64,000 nt of DNA from Owenia fusiformis (taxonomy: Eukaryota), in NCBI GenBank assembly GCA_903813345.2, contig CAIIXF020000001.1, positions 44,206,001 to 44,270,000 on the forward strand, read 5' to 3'. The position numbers and the translations under genes are program-made. Below the pieces are notes generated by a model. The model was not told the DNA's origin and did no database searches. It was given only the letters and a program-made list of their open reading frames with translations. Position 1 is the first letter of the stretch. Every line of letters starts with the position of its first letter. Below, one piece after another: positions 1 to 13,200 of this stretch.

Positions 1-3000
1 ATTGTCCCGGCCTAATTGGATCTGTCAACAGACTTTTAATTGGGCTGGTAGGACAGACACCGTTCTCTGTGATATAAACCAGATTTAACAAATACTTGTT
101 AAATCACAATGATTTATTGTCACATCTTGTAAACAACAGGGTAGACTTCTTGATCTCACATATGTCTTTATAAAACATTGCTTTAAATTATGATAATATT
201 TAAATTTAATTTGTACATCATTATGTGGAAATAAGAGTGTTTCAATGTATCATTTCCTTTCTTAGTTTCTAAGTAAAGGAGTCCCATGCAGAGTTTAACC
301 ACTTTGGTCTCAATTGAGTCTTGCCCCTTATCAAAATTAGTGATACGAGAAAAAATGATGGATTCAGAAAACTAAATATGATTGTGCCTTTAAGGGAAGC
401 GTAACCTAATGACATTACAAAATCTAAAAAATCTATTTCTACTTGAATCTGTTTGTTATTTTATTCAATCTTGTTTGTTTACGATCGGAATCTGACAGCG
501 GCAGAATATGACATTGGGGAATTCGTAAGTGACGTAAGTCTATGGAAATTAAATGACATGAATGCAACAAATAAATGTATACATTTTAAAAGTCAACTTT
601 TTCAAAAAATGTCTCAAACAAACATTATATTGAAGATTAAGCAATATTTTCAAACTCAGCATCAAAAATGGTATTCCCTTGTCATGTGATGATCGAGTGT
701 TCAACCAATCACAGAATGGTGGGATATCAGAAAATACAACTGTTAGTCGTTTGAGTAAAATGACTCTTTATTCAGAAAATCGGCCTCTTATTCTGAAATG
801 CACAAAACTCCTAGTGATATTTTTAAGAAATTGCTACACACGAAGCCTCTTCTCTAATTTGTATGTATCAAAGTTTAGGCCATATAAGCAATCAATCAGC
901 TATAAAATAAAAAAAGACATGTGATCAGATAATAGTAATTTGTCTTAGTAGAAGGAAATGAAACATGTTAAGGTATACTGATAGTGTGATAAAAATATTA
1001 ATAATTGAGCATTCTTAAAAGCTTTTGCACTTTTTCACTTTTTTTATGAGTAAAATCAAAAATGGCTACCTAAGATTTACCCAACATACCTTAAAAACTA
1101 GGCAATATAATAGGCCTCATTCTCGATTTTCATTCCAAGAATCATTCACGAAAAATTCAAATTAACCGATGGAAAAATGTGCAAACAAGAAAAGTAAGAC
1201 GGCGCTCGCCAACCGTGAACCTTTTTTAATTACGATAGTCAAATACAGTGGTCAGAACTAATGCAACTCGATCTATTCAATGTAGAAATGTTGTTTATAG
1301 TGTTGTAAATATTCGAGGATTTAAAAATGACACCTGATGCTAAAATGGTTAGAAGTTCAACTGGTTGATAATACTGAATCACTCAAAAGAATACAATGCA
1401 GTGATGATACAGTATAGTCATGATGTAAGACAGCTTGTATTCGCGAATGCAACTTTCGGCTGTCGGCTATCGGATTAACCTACTATTCTATGGACAACTC
1501 ATTCAAATATGAATAGTACCTACTATTGTTATATACCTCATATGTATTCTAGCTGCTCATTGGCTTATTCATGATCAAATGATATGAAATAGATGAACTT
1601 ATTCCCTAGAAAGTCCTAAATCCCTGCTATCAGGGAAGATGAAATGTAGCTGGGATTATAGGAGTTGAAAGGCAGAATACCTTTAAATGCCAATAAAAAC
1701 CTGTCAACATTAAATGTTCTGGTTTGGTTCCGTCAATTCATGAGATTTGATATATGTTTTGAAACTGCACTAACATGAGCATGATCTTTTGTAGGGATAT
1801 ACTGTCAAAACTGACGTGAAAATAACAGATCGCTTGTGACACGTTTGCCAATGTTTAGCTATTGAATTCATATGTTAAGATGTGTAGCTCATTCTAGTTA
1901 GTAGATACCCTGCGCGCAGAGTCTAGTCATAAACGAAGACGAAGCTCTCTTTTAAGAAGTTAAGTCGAACGAATGCAAAGGGTAGTTAATAGATATCCAG
2001 ACCATAGTCAATAACGTTGTCACTTCTAAATGCAACATATATTTTAATTGAAAACAATATCTATGTTTATCAATAAAACACTTTTATTATGGCAATAATA
2101 AATTGCACAAAATCATGAATTTGTTCTAGTAATCTGGTGAACAGTATATTCATTGATATTATTATTATTTTCAACATGACATACCACAGACAATGTAACA
2201 AACATCTGCTGATAAACAGGGGTACATTACCAGAAGATTCTTAGCTACACATATTTCCTCAATCCATGTTGTTACCTAGGTAACCTTGGCATCATAGTGT
2301 AACAACAAAAGAACACTTCGGGTTGTGTACTCCAAGTTCTCTCCTTTACTAGAATATTACAAACACACACCAGCTTCCTGCCATTACCTATCTGAATAAC
2401 TAAACATTCAAAGTATAATTTTCATAACATTACCCGGCTTTAAATGAGTAACAAAAGGTGGAAAAAACGGAAACTCTGCGGCTATTTTCATCAGATCTTT
2501 CTTATTTTAGGAAATTACTCCCTGATATTTGGTACATTTGTACATCATTTAATCTTCTACCAGCCTAGAATATTTCATGACCACCAGACTAATAGTTACT
2601 ATGTTAGAGCATCTTAAAAAACATACCCAAGTGGCCACTATACGTAAACTTGCACATGTCGTCCAAAATGTGCCTACCTGACTTTTACCTGTGGGTTAAT
2701 CCAAAGATTCGTGTTCGAGAATGACCCCAGGACCTCAAAAAGTAGATCATCTGTGTCATTGAGCCCATGAGAAATCATTTGGGTCATTGACAACTTGGTT
2801 GGCTGGTAGGAAATAGAACATGCAGAATGATATACTTTGTCAAACATCAGGGAATAATTTTCTAAACTGAGAGATATGAGCAAAATGCAGGAATTCTGTT
2901 TTTTGACCACCCTGTAATATACAGTATACAATTGAATTCAACAAGGGAAGTTGTCAAAAGTTCAATGTCTGCAAACTATTTTACAAGTATGTTTCCACAA

Positions 3001-3217
3001 TACCCTACCAATTGATCTTTTTGTTCATGTATTTTTTATATTTTGGCAACTCTCTAGGAATTGTACACAGTGCATTAGTAGCACAGTCGCCCACAAGAAA
3101 TGTTATGAACTGGGATTGAACAAATGATCTCTTGCTTCCAAGACAAGTGATTACACCACTTCACCATCTCATTCCCCATTAAGTCAAATTTTCAATCATT
3201 TAGGGGAAAAAGATTAA

Positions 3218-3609
3218 AGGACGATTCTCGGTTTGGAGAACGAAGTTCATCAATCTAAATGAGCATTATCCCTGCTTCCGACAAATTTGATTTTTTTACA
3301 TAATATAGATTTGAATGTCCTCTTTTGAATAGTCATAATTTACTTTGGGTAATATTTCTAGATTTTTCGCAAAAAAATATTAGCGCAGTACACTGGTGAA
3401 CTTCTTTCCCCAAATCGAGACTTGTATTTTATTGAATCGGTCTAATTGAGCGTTATCCCTGCTTCAGACCAATTTGTTATTTTTACATCTTCTCTAGATT
3501 TAAATGTCCTCTTTTGAATATTCATAGTTTAATTTGGGTAATATTTCTATATATTTCATGAAAAAAATTATTAGCCCAGGAGACTGTTCTCCAAACTGAG
3601 AATCGTCCT
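3218..3609. mobile_element. TTAA-flanked MITE (Kolobok-like) with an internal ~190-bp tandem duplication
   Basis: TTAA|AGGACGATTCTCGGTTTGGAGAAC ... GTTCTCCAAACTGAGAATCGTCCT|TTAA. Confidence 0.82.
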
Positions 3610-4690
3610 TTAAAAATGTTATGTTTTACAGGTTGATAACTTGTTGTTATACAAAAACATAACAATCAATAAAAAATACATAAAGAAATACATAATCAAC
3701 AGACTTTAAATATGTTTAATTTTTGATCTAGTAAAAACAAACAAGTACTCAAATACAAAATACAACTTTTATGAGCAGATTAGACAAATACTAATACAAT
3801 GTATCTTATGTATTTTAAAGAAATGATCAACCAAAAGAACAGATCACTATTTAGAATAAATACAATGTAAATATACTGTATAAAACATTGGATTCATAGA
3901 TTTCTTATCCTTAATTATTGGATTTTATTATGGCTGCAATGACAGTGATACATATGGTCACAGACTTTGACAATAACAGATAACACATTTATTTAGAAAA
4001 TGCAATCATTAATGTGTTAACTTGTTCAAATTTCCTCACACCCTTATGATAGCTAGGTGGCTATTGGGTCAATTATCAGGAATGTAAAAATATTGCTTGC
4101 TCACAATATATGAGTATATTATAAACATTTGTTATTACTATACAAGACTCTTAAATTATCAGTCATGGAACTTAATACTATCTAATTATACCTGATTTTG
4201 ATGTACATGTATATTTATTTTGATTGTTGAGTCTATGGCTAAAGCAAAGAAAGCAAGGTGGCTTCATTCTCAAAATATCATGAATTCCGTTTCCTGAAAT
4301 AAAATCTTATTTCACAATCACGAAATTATACAGAATTTCAAGATTTTGACAAAGAACACTATTCACAAGATACCATTCTCCTTAATAATATATTATAAAT
4401 GTTTCACTAATCCAATATTTTTAATATTTTTCTAACTTCTAAATTATGGAAGAAAAATATGTCAACCCGGGGAGATCAGCCTTTCATATTCAACATCACA
4501 GAGCTATTTATGTCAAAACTAAACATTCTAATTTGCCAACCCTACTATCTCATGGGAGAATATCGAGAGAAATCATGGAATGTTCATGATCATAATAGCC
4601 AGGGGAGTGCTGTGCATTTTTTAGAGACATGTACATGTACAGTCATGTCAGTACTGTACCTGAGCACAAGGCAGTATTTACTGTAGATAG

Positions 4691-6851
4691 TATCGAATGG
4701 AAGTATTTAGAGAAATGCTTGTTTAAATTCAATTTTGCCAACAGTTTTGTCAAGTGGTTCAAAGTTTTATACAATGGTGCTGAAAGTGCGGTTATTAATA
4801 ATGGTCACTTTTCAAATTTTTTCCAAATTAAGAGAGGCTGCCGCCAGGGGGACTCTCTATCTTGCTATGCATTCATTCTTGCTCTTGAACCTCTCTGTCA
4901 GCATATAAAAAATGATAAAAATGTTAAAGGGTTGAAAATTTTTGACCATGATGTTAAAATTGGCATGTATGCCGACGACACTTTCATCACCCTTGACGGT
5001 TCCGAAGCTTCACTCAGAAAATGTCTAAATACCTTTTCTCTGTTCCAACAAACATCAGGACTTAAATTAAATATCGAAAAAACCTCTGCCATTTGGTTAG
5101 GTAATAAAGCAAATTCAAATGAAAAACTCTGTCATGATCTACCCTTGAAATGGGAAAGTTCCTTTAAATTATTAGGAATCCAATTTAATAGCGATTTGAT
5201 AAATATTGAAAAAGATAATCTTGAGGTAAAATTAACTGAGATACAAACTGTAATTAGTAGATACAAAAGAAGAAATTTATCATTAATTGGGAGAATAACA
5301 GTTATTAAATCATTTGCACTGTCTAAAATTGTCCATATTATGATGAGTTTACCAAAAATATCTCTTGAATATCATAAACGATTAAAGAATCTTTTCGTAA
5401 CGTATCTCTGGAACTCGGCGGTTTCAAAGGTAAGTTTCAGTCAAATCTGCCAAGATTTTAAAGATGGCGGTCTTAAAATGATAGATCCGCAAATATTTGA
5501 ACAATCTTTAAAACTGACCTGGTTACAAAAACTAACAAAAAACGGTACGTGGCTATCCGTGGCACTGAGCAGTATCGGAGTTCAACACGCGCAAGAACTA
5601 TTCTCATACGACTCTAAATCACTTCAGAAAATTGAATCAAAAATTGTTAATCCTTTCTGGAAAGGAGTTATTAATATTTTTAGAATATATACTGTATTGA
5701 AGGAAAATGAAATTGAACAAAAATCAGATTTGAAAGCGGAGTATCTAATGAATTGCACCTGGCTAATGTATAGTAAAAACCAGAATGTAAATGCCGCCAT
5801 CAAAAATATTAAAAACAACAGTGTTCTTACTCTGAAGGACATGCTCTTTAATTCCAAACGATTCTTTACCCTGAACGAATTCAAAGAACGCTTCAATTCA
5901 AATATAAATTTTTTAGACTTCTTAAGTCTAAAAAATACAATACCAGTTAAATGGACAAAAACAATATTCGAAAACGACAAAACTCTTGACCACTATCCAA
6001 ATAGCAAAAAGCATCTATTGAAATTCACAGGAAAAAATAAGATCTCCAGAACAATCTATTGGGAATTCATTAAGGATCTTGACTTTAATAAGAGTTATAT
6101 TTTAAAGTGGAACGATGAACTGAATATTGATCTCAATAATCATGAATGGCATATCATAAATACTATGAACAAAGTGAGTAATTTTGAGCCAAAACTAGCA
6201 TCTTTTAACTATAAAGTGCTCCACAGATTTTTGCCTACAAATAAATATCTACATATGTGCGGTCTCCAAGATTCTGCCCTTTGCAGTTTTTGCGGAAACC
6301 AAGTCGAAACTATTGGCCACCTTCTCCTTTATTGTGAATTTGCAAACAAATTGCTGAGTGATATTAAGAAATGGTTGCCAGAGGGACTGTCCGTTTTAAG
6401 TGATCCGAGAACGATCATATTGGGTCCAGTAATCATGAACGAAAAATCAATACTATTAAACACAATTTTTTGCATATATAAAAGATATATTTATCTATGT
6501 AAATGTAAAAATGTACGACCAAATTTTGTAGGTTTTAAAAGTAATGTGCAACAATATTTTCAACTAGATGTAAAGTTGGAGAAAGGGGATAAGTGGGAAG
6601 AGATCAAACATTTATTATAACATAGTGAATTTACTTGAATTTTCTAGGAGGATCTTATATATATATTACTCCGAAGAATGTACATAAAATGTAGCAAAAA
6701 TGCAACACTCTATCTACTCGTGGTGCTCTTGGCAGAAATACCAGCAATTTATTATAGAAATAATGTAGAACCTTGTTTATATTGAACATTTGTATTTATT
6801 GAATTGTAATGCTGCTAAACCTGAAATAAAAATCTATTAAAAAAAAAAAGA
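4691..6851 (+). mobile_element. 5'-truncated L1/Tx1-clade LINE retrotransposon with intact ORF2 C-terminal part
   Basis: RT motifs RGCRQGDSLS and YADD, Tx1-type GRITVIKS, C-terminal CxxC..ETxxHLxxxC. AATAAA followed by poly(A) at ~6825-6849. Perfect 18-bp TSD AGTATTTACTGTAGATAG at 4673-4690 and 6852-6869. Confidence 0.95.
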
Positions 6852-7224
6852 AGTATTTACTGTAGATAGGATTTCACTACTTAGGGACTTGAAAACACAC
6901 GGCATGAGTGCATTGAACCCAATAGAGAGCTGTATAATATAAAGAAGATATCCTCAAAAGAGAGATATATTCACTAAGGTTTTCTGGACGTCAAATGTGG
7001 ACATCTCTATAAATGATTGCATTTATGTGTATAACAGTAACTCTTGGTATGACAACATTTGGATGCAATGGGAATGAGAAGAGTATCGTGACCTCCCTCC
7101 TCATCCGCATCAATGACAGTTATTGGACTATACACAGTGACAATAGTATGAAGTAAAATTACTTTGGTGATCATGAACTTTTCATAAACTGTCTAGTAAA
7201 TGTTTTCAGGTTTAATAAATTATG

Positions 7225-10200
7225 CTACAATTCTTCCTTTTCCTTCTTTACTTTACTGTCAGTTGGAGACGGGGGTTCCATGAGATACTTTACGAAGTCA
7301 GCTTTTTGACGCCCAGCTTCATATTTTACTGCTCCCTGTCCACGATAAAAATATTTGAATGTTGGATATCCACTAACATCATATCGTTTACATGTGTCTG
7401 AAAATAAAAAAACATATAAATAAAATTATTTGGGAAACATATACAAACATACATGTACCATATGTGTGATTGAAATGATGATACATAATGGGAGCATAAA
7501 TAACAGAAAATATGGGAGCAACCAGCATAAGCAGGCTACATCATTTTGTGAAATATTTGCAAATGATAAATGTGCTAGAATACATTTATCAACCATAGAA
7601 TATACATTATTTAATATCACTGAGTGCTAAATAAAATACAAAATGAGATATGATTCAATAAATGATACCAGTGTGCACAGTAATTCTTGTATGGTAATTA
7701 CAATATCAAAAGAAATATATAGTATATACATATTTGCTGGTGTTGCCTAACCGCAAAATGGTAAATAGAACTATGGTAGACCATAATATACAAAACTAAG
7801 ACAAATAATTCATTGTCATCAATATCTACTACAACATTCAAATGTATCTCTAAAGCAAAGGCAATAACCGCAGTAAATCCAATACTACTTTATTAAAACA
7901 TTTTAACCTTTTAAAATGTTGAGACTTCATTTTTCTAAATCGATTGGCGCGGGGATCAAAGTCATATGTTTAATTAGCCGATTTCTTTTTTTAGACAAGT
8001 GGGAAAAGCAAATCAGAAAAGTGTGGGAGTAAGACAAATATTAGATTGTAATCAAAAGAGGGATTTTGTCTGTGATATAACATGCTGTCACTTTGATTAA
8101 TGGCGATAATTTTGAATGTCATTTTCTTTAAGAAGTTTTGAAAAATTAGAAAAATAATATCATGCAAAGTGATGTATTTGTATGCATTTAAATTGCATTA
8201 ATATTAGGCCTTCTACTATCAGTTAAGTACACTAAAGTAAAAGATTCTGATATTTTCCCAACTATGTCTCAAACGCCATGACATTTTCATACTAGTAAAC
8301 ATTGTATCTGGAAGAATTGTGGGAATATCATTTGATTTGTTGAAGTTACTATTGCCATAGCCACAGGCTACTACAAACTGCCAACCCCAGGCATGTTGCT
8401 ACTGGGCAAACCAAGTTGAAAATTATAAAACATACATCTTCAAGGTTCATTCAAAATTCAGAAAGAAATTTTACTCCAGACAATTTTATTGCAAATCTGA
8501 TACAAAACACAAGTATGATTTACATTCTAATAAAAGCAATCAGCAAATATGAAGAAGGCATTGCTCAAACCCATTACTTCTCAAGCTAATAGTCAAGTTA
8601 TTGCCATGATTGTATAAACCTGCTAATAAAGTTATCACAATTCATCGTCATGGTAACAGATGCTGACAATAATCTATTGAAACTTATCACGTATGTGTTA
8701 CAATGTTTACAATAGAAGTCTGTTGTAAATCTGAATACTAATATTACTTCTCAGATTAAACATTTAAAGAGGACACTATTTGGTGGGCTCACATCTTTCA
8801 ATTTCAATTCTATTCGATTCAATTTACTTTATGAGTTCTCATAATTAATTACTACATGGTGAAAATGTAACAACTTGGATTCAAAAACGGATTTCTCCAA
8901 ATTCAGGCAAAAGTAGAAGCTGGGGCCAATGGCATAAATTACCTGCATAGAGCACTATAAAATGGAAATGTATATGTTCAGAAAAATGGCAGTTTTCATT
9001 TGCCGAAAAACTTGCTGATGGATGGAGGGACATGATACATGCTTCTAGATGTTGAGAGCTCCTAGACATTGATCTGATCAGAGTTTTCTTTATTATTTTC
9101 TTTATAAGTAAAGACAAGAACACAAATGTGTACAATATGTCCCCACCTATGGGTGATCCTGTCAAATGGTTATCCTAAAAATGAGTAGACAAGACTTTAC
9201 CGACACAATTTGAGGACGGAGATTCCAAAATGGCCACCTTAAAATTTACCAAGAATGCCAAAAAATTAGTCAGTTCTAGATTTTCATACTAAGAACCACC
9301 CCTGAAAATTTGAAATTGATCCGTCACACAGTTAACCAGAAAACATGTACTAAGAACCACCCCTGAAAATTTGAAATTGATCCGTCATACAGTTAACCAG
9401 AAAACATGTAAACAAGACTTTACAGACAAGATTTGAGGACAGAAAATCCAAAATGGCTGCCTTGACATTTATCCAGAATGCCAAAAACTAATCTGTTCTA
9501 GATTTTCATACTAAGAATCATCCCTGAAAATTTGAAATTGATCTACCAAACAGTTCACCTGGAAATGTGTAGACAAGACTTTACAGACGAGATTTTAGGA
9601 CAGAAAATCCAAAATGGCTGCCTTGACATTTACCCAGAATGCCCAAAAACTAATCAGTTCTAGATTTTCATACTAAGAATCATCCCTGAAATTTTGAAAT
9701 TGATCTACCAAACGGTTCACCTAAAAACGCGTAGACAAGACTTTACGGGCAAGATTTAAGACGGAAAATCCAAAATGGCTGCCTTGACATTTATCCAGAA
9801 TGCCGTAAAAATAATCAGATCTAGATTTTCATACTGAGAATCATCCCTGAAAATTTGAAATTGATCTACCAAACGGTTCACCTGAAAATGCGTAGACAAG
9901 ACTTTACAGACAAGATTTTAAGACAGAAAATCCAAAATGGCTGCCTTGACATTTACCCAGAATGCCCAAAAACTAATCAGATCTAGATTCTCATACTAAG
10001 AATCATCCCTGAAAATTTGAAATTGATCTACCAAACGGTTCACCTGAAAACGCGTAGACAAGACTTTACAGACAAGATTTTAGGACGGAAAAATCCAAAA
10101 TGGCCGACAATAAAAAAGTGATTATGAGTTTTTGCTGAAATCTTTTTACAAAATTATCACATATAACTACTGTTAACAATAACATAAGCTTTTACAACAA

Positions 10201-13200
10201 AGTACACCTGAAATTATTTATAAAGCTACTAAAAAGTTAAAGTATGAAAACTGAAAAACACCATTCAATATGATACAAAGTATTATCGTGCGCTAACTTT
10301 TCTTAAAACATTCAAAATGGCTGACATGACTGAGCTAACAGGTCCAAAACCTAATCAGATCTAGAATGAAGTGAGCTGAAATAGATGTTAAAGTTTTAAA
10401 AGCAACTGTGAAGCCGTTTTTCTTAAAGTTTGCAGACAAGGATTTTAGCATTTGACTTCAAAATGGCCGACAGGAAGTAGGTATCGAGTAAATTTTTTTT
10501 CATCCACATCTGTATGCACTCATAAGTTATCCCTGAAAATTTGAAGGTGATATCTGTAGCGGTTTTGGAGAAAACTGCCGGACGTACGGACAGACAGACG
10601 GACAGACAGACAGACGGACAGACAGACGGACGCGCCTAGGCCGACAATATGGCCCCACACTATGTGGTGGGGACATAAAAAGGAAGACATACTTATAAAT
10701 GGTATTCATACTATCCAGGATAATTATAAGAAGCCTTCATTGAAATATGTTATCGGCTCTTCAATAACTTTGTATTGGGTCATAATAGCTCTCCTGAAAA
10801 ATTTTGTGCACAATGAAGGACTTTTCACTGCATGTGCTGGTTCATTTTATCTGCAAATAAGCAGCTCTTGAGTTAAAAAATAAATTGTGTGAAAATTCTT
10901 GTAAAAACGACCTGCTTTGAGACATTCACCAAAACAGATGATGATATCCCTTGTCAGTGTACGTAGGTATGTCCAAAACAAAGAGACTGTACCGAGATTT
11001 CAGTGTAAAGAGAAATAAACACCTTTAGATCTACAAGTATGGCAAAGTACAGTACCTTTACATTTGGCATCAGTGCAGTCAACTGCTGCTAGTTTTCTAC
11101 TTGCATCAGCTTTAAGTTCATCAGCAGCTAACTGGTATTCTGGTTTGGCCTTCTTGCAGTGACCACACCAAGGAGCATAGAACATTACCAGAGTGTGCTC
11201 AGTTCCAGTGACGAACTTGTTAAATGTAGCATCTGTTAGGTGATTCACTTCACTAGGAGTGTCACTCCAGGCTGGCTCGGCTGGGGGAGGGGGTGGAGGT
11301 GCTTTAGGACTACAATAGAACAATTACATATTTAAGTAGATATACAATCAAGCAGTACAATTTTAGAATGTAACATATACAGGGTGTCAAATAAGTCCCG
11401 TCCCCCCCTCTACAGCCAAAACCAAGATATTTGGTACCAAGTGTGATATATCATTGGAAAGGTCTTCCAAAGTTACGTTGATTGGCATATATCTGACGCA
11501 TGTCAATTAATCTCACAAATTATTACATTGTATCAATTGAGGTGACCATATGCCTAGAAACATGGCAATTTGGCATATTTGGCAGGATTTTAAGAATCGG
11601 GTATAAGAAAGGTCAAGGGACCAAAATATGACTAAATATGTTTATGGCAATGAATTTAACCAATTTCTGGATAGGGTTAGATGTGTAGAAAATAGAGGGG
11701 CAAGGAAAGTGCTGAAAACCATTTTGTAACAAGTGGAATGCGAAAAAGATAAACTTTTTGACGTATTTCTGAGGTCATATCCTTGTCATTTTGACGCAAA
11801 AAAGCTACTTAAAGGAGGGCACGTAAACTATAAAAGACATCATAAAAATATAGGTAAATTTCATCCAAAATACTTGAGAGTTGGTGAGTTAACATAACTT
11901 TGGATGATCTTTCCAATGGTATATCACACTAGGTACTGTCTGTTAAGGCTTTAGCTGTAGCAGGGGGGACGGGACTTATTTGACACCCTGTATAAAACAT
12001 CCCAGAAAATGTGAAATGATTTGATGAAACAGTTTGTCTGAAAATGCATAAAATATTTTTCAGATGCTACCCGATGGTCGAAAAGTCCATTTATTTTCTG
12101 ATTTGGCTGTATTCTGATGTTTTTCGCCGATATATAATAAAGGATCCGTTACTTAATGTACCTGAAGGTGCCCCCAAAGGTTTCATTGAAAATAATATGG
12201 AAATAGTTACTTTTATCAATTATGAATACATCAAAAATGAATTTAGGTCATTTGGATTAAAACTAAGGTCATTCAGTGCATTTAAGTTTGACTACGGAAA
12301 TCATTCTAAATATCATTTTAGGGGTAAATTAGTCTTCATTCATGATCATTTTAAGTATGTTGACCATTCCTCAATCGATACGTCAGAACATCATTAAGGT
12401 AGAACACAAAGGGCAACATATTGAAAACACATATCATAAAAAAAATAAAAACTTAATATATCTTTTGAAAGAATGAACCTTAATAAATGTGTTCCCAACA
12501 ATATTACCATGATCACCTCAGTTGGTATACAGTAGGCATTCAACCTAGAGGGTATATTAAAATATTAAGGTGGGACACAAAGGGCAACATACTGAAAACA
12601 CAAATCATAAAATAACCACTAAAAATAATGTATCATATGATGAAATGCACCTTGTTAAATGTGTTCTGAACAATAGTACCATGATCACCCTTATTGTGTA
12701 AACTGTAGCTTTAACCTAGATATTCAACCTAGATACTATGTCAAATCATTAAATATAATGTAGAACACAAAGAGCAACAGTTTAAAATACAAAACCTAAA
12801 TTCAGCTAAATCTAGTTGCGACTTTCCGTTTCATTATGTTTTCATTTGGCATTGTCAAAGAAATTAAGACAATGATAGATGACATAATGGTCTTAGTTTA
12901 TTTCATATGAACACTTAACGAGCAATATTCATTCAAACAAATGACTAGCCGAAACATATTTTTTCGATTATCAGGCTCATTGCTTTCATATCATAATATG
13001 TTCTAATAGTATACCCCATTTTGAAAAAAAAACATATTTAAGTTACCTGTGATTTAATTGCTTTATTGCAAATGACACATGTTTTCTTTGATCTTGTTAT
13101 TGAAAATTGAATACATGTCTGTTTAGAGGTTTGAACATGGTGCTCAGAATTATTGGAACCCAGGTTGGATGTCTCTGTGGCGTAATATGTTGACACCATT

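Noticed and set aside
390..1095. Possible TTAA-flanked MITEs at the window start
   Set aside because: I could not pair the termini convincingly.
3100..3170. tRNA-like sequence on the minus strand
   Set aside because: Only degenerate A/B-box resemblance and no cloverleaf; at best an old SINE head.
4629..4690. N-terminus of the 663-aa ORF as a real domesticated gene start
   Set aside because: It lies outside the element or within the TSD, so it is a chance in-frame fusion with host DNA.
8632..8675. Minus-strand HDDEL* resembling an alternative ER-retention last exon of PDIA5
   Set aside because: Nearby acceptors are phase 0 or 2 while the upstream exon ends in phase 1. Exon 7397-7225 completes domain 5 and ends in KEEL.
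8944..8955. Possible 12-nt micro-exon (tttatag|TGCTCTATGCAG|gtaat) in the last PDIA5 intron
   Set aside because: Not needed for domain continuity, and such motifs arise by chance; cannot be supported without reads.
9185..10110. Repeat-spacer array or RT-associated ncRNA array near the reverse transcriptase
   Set aside because: Whole 161-bp units are duplicated with no spacers, inside a HINE-like element. The RT is an ordinary truncated LINE with TSD and poly(A), not a retron or DGR.
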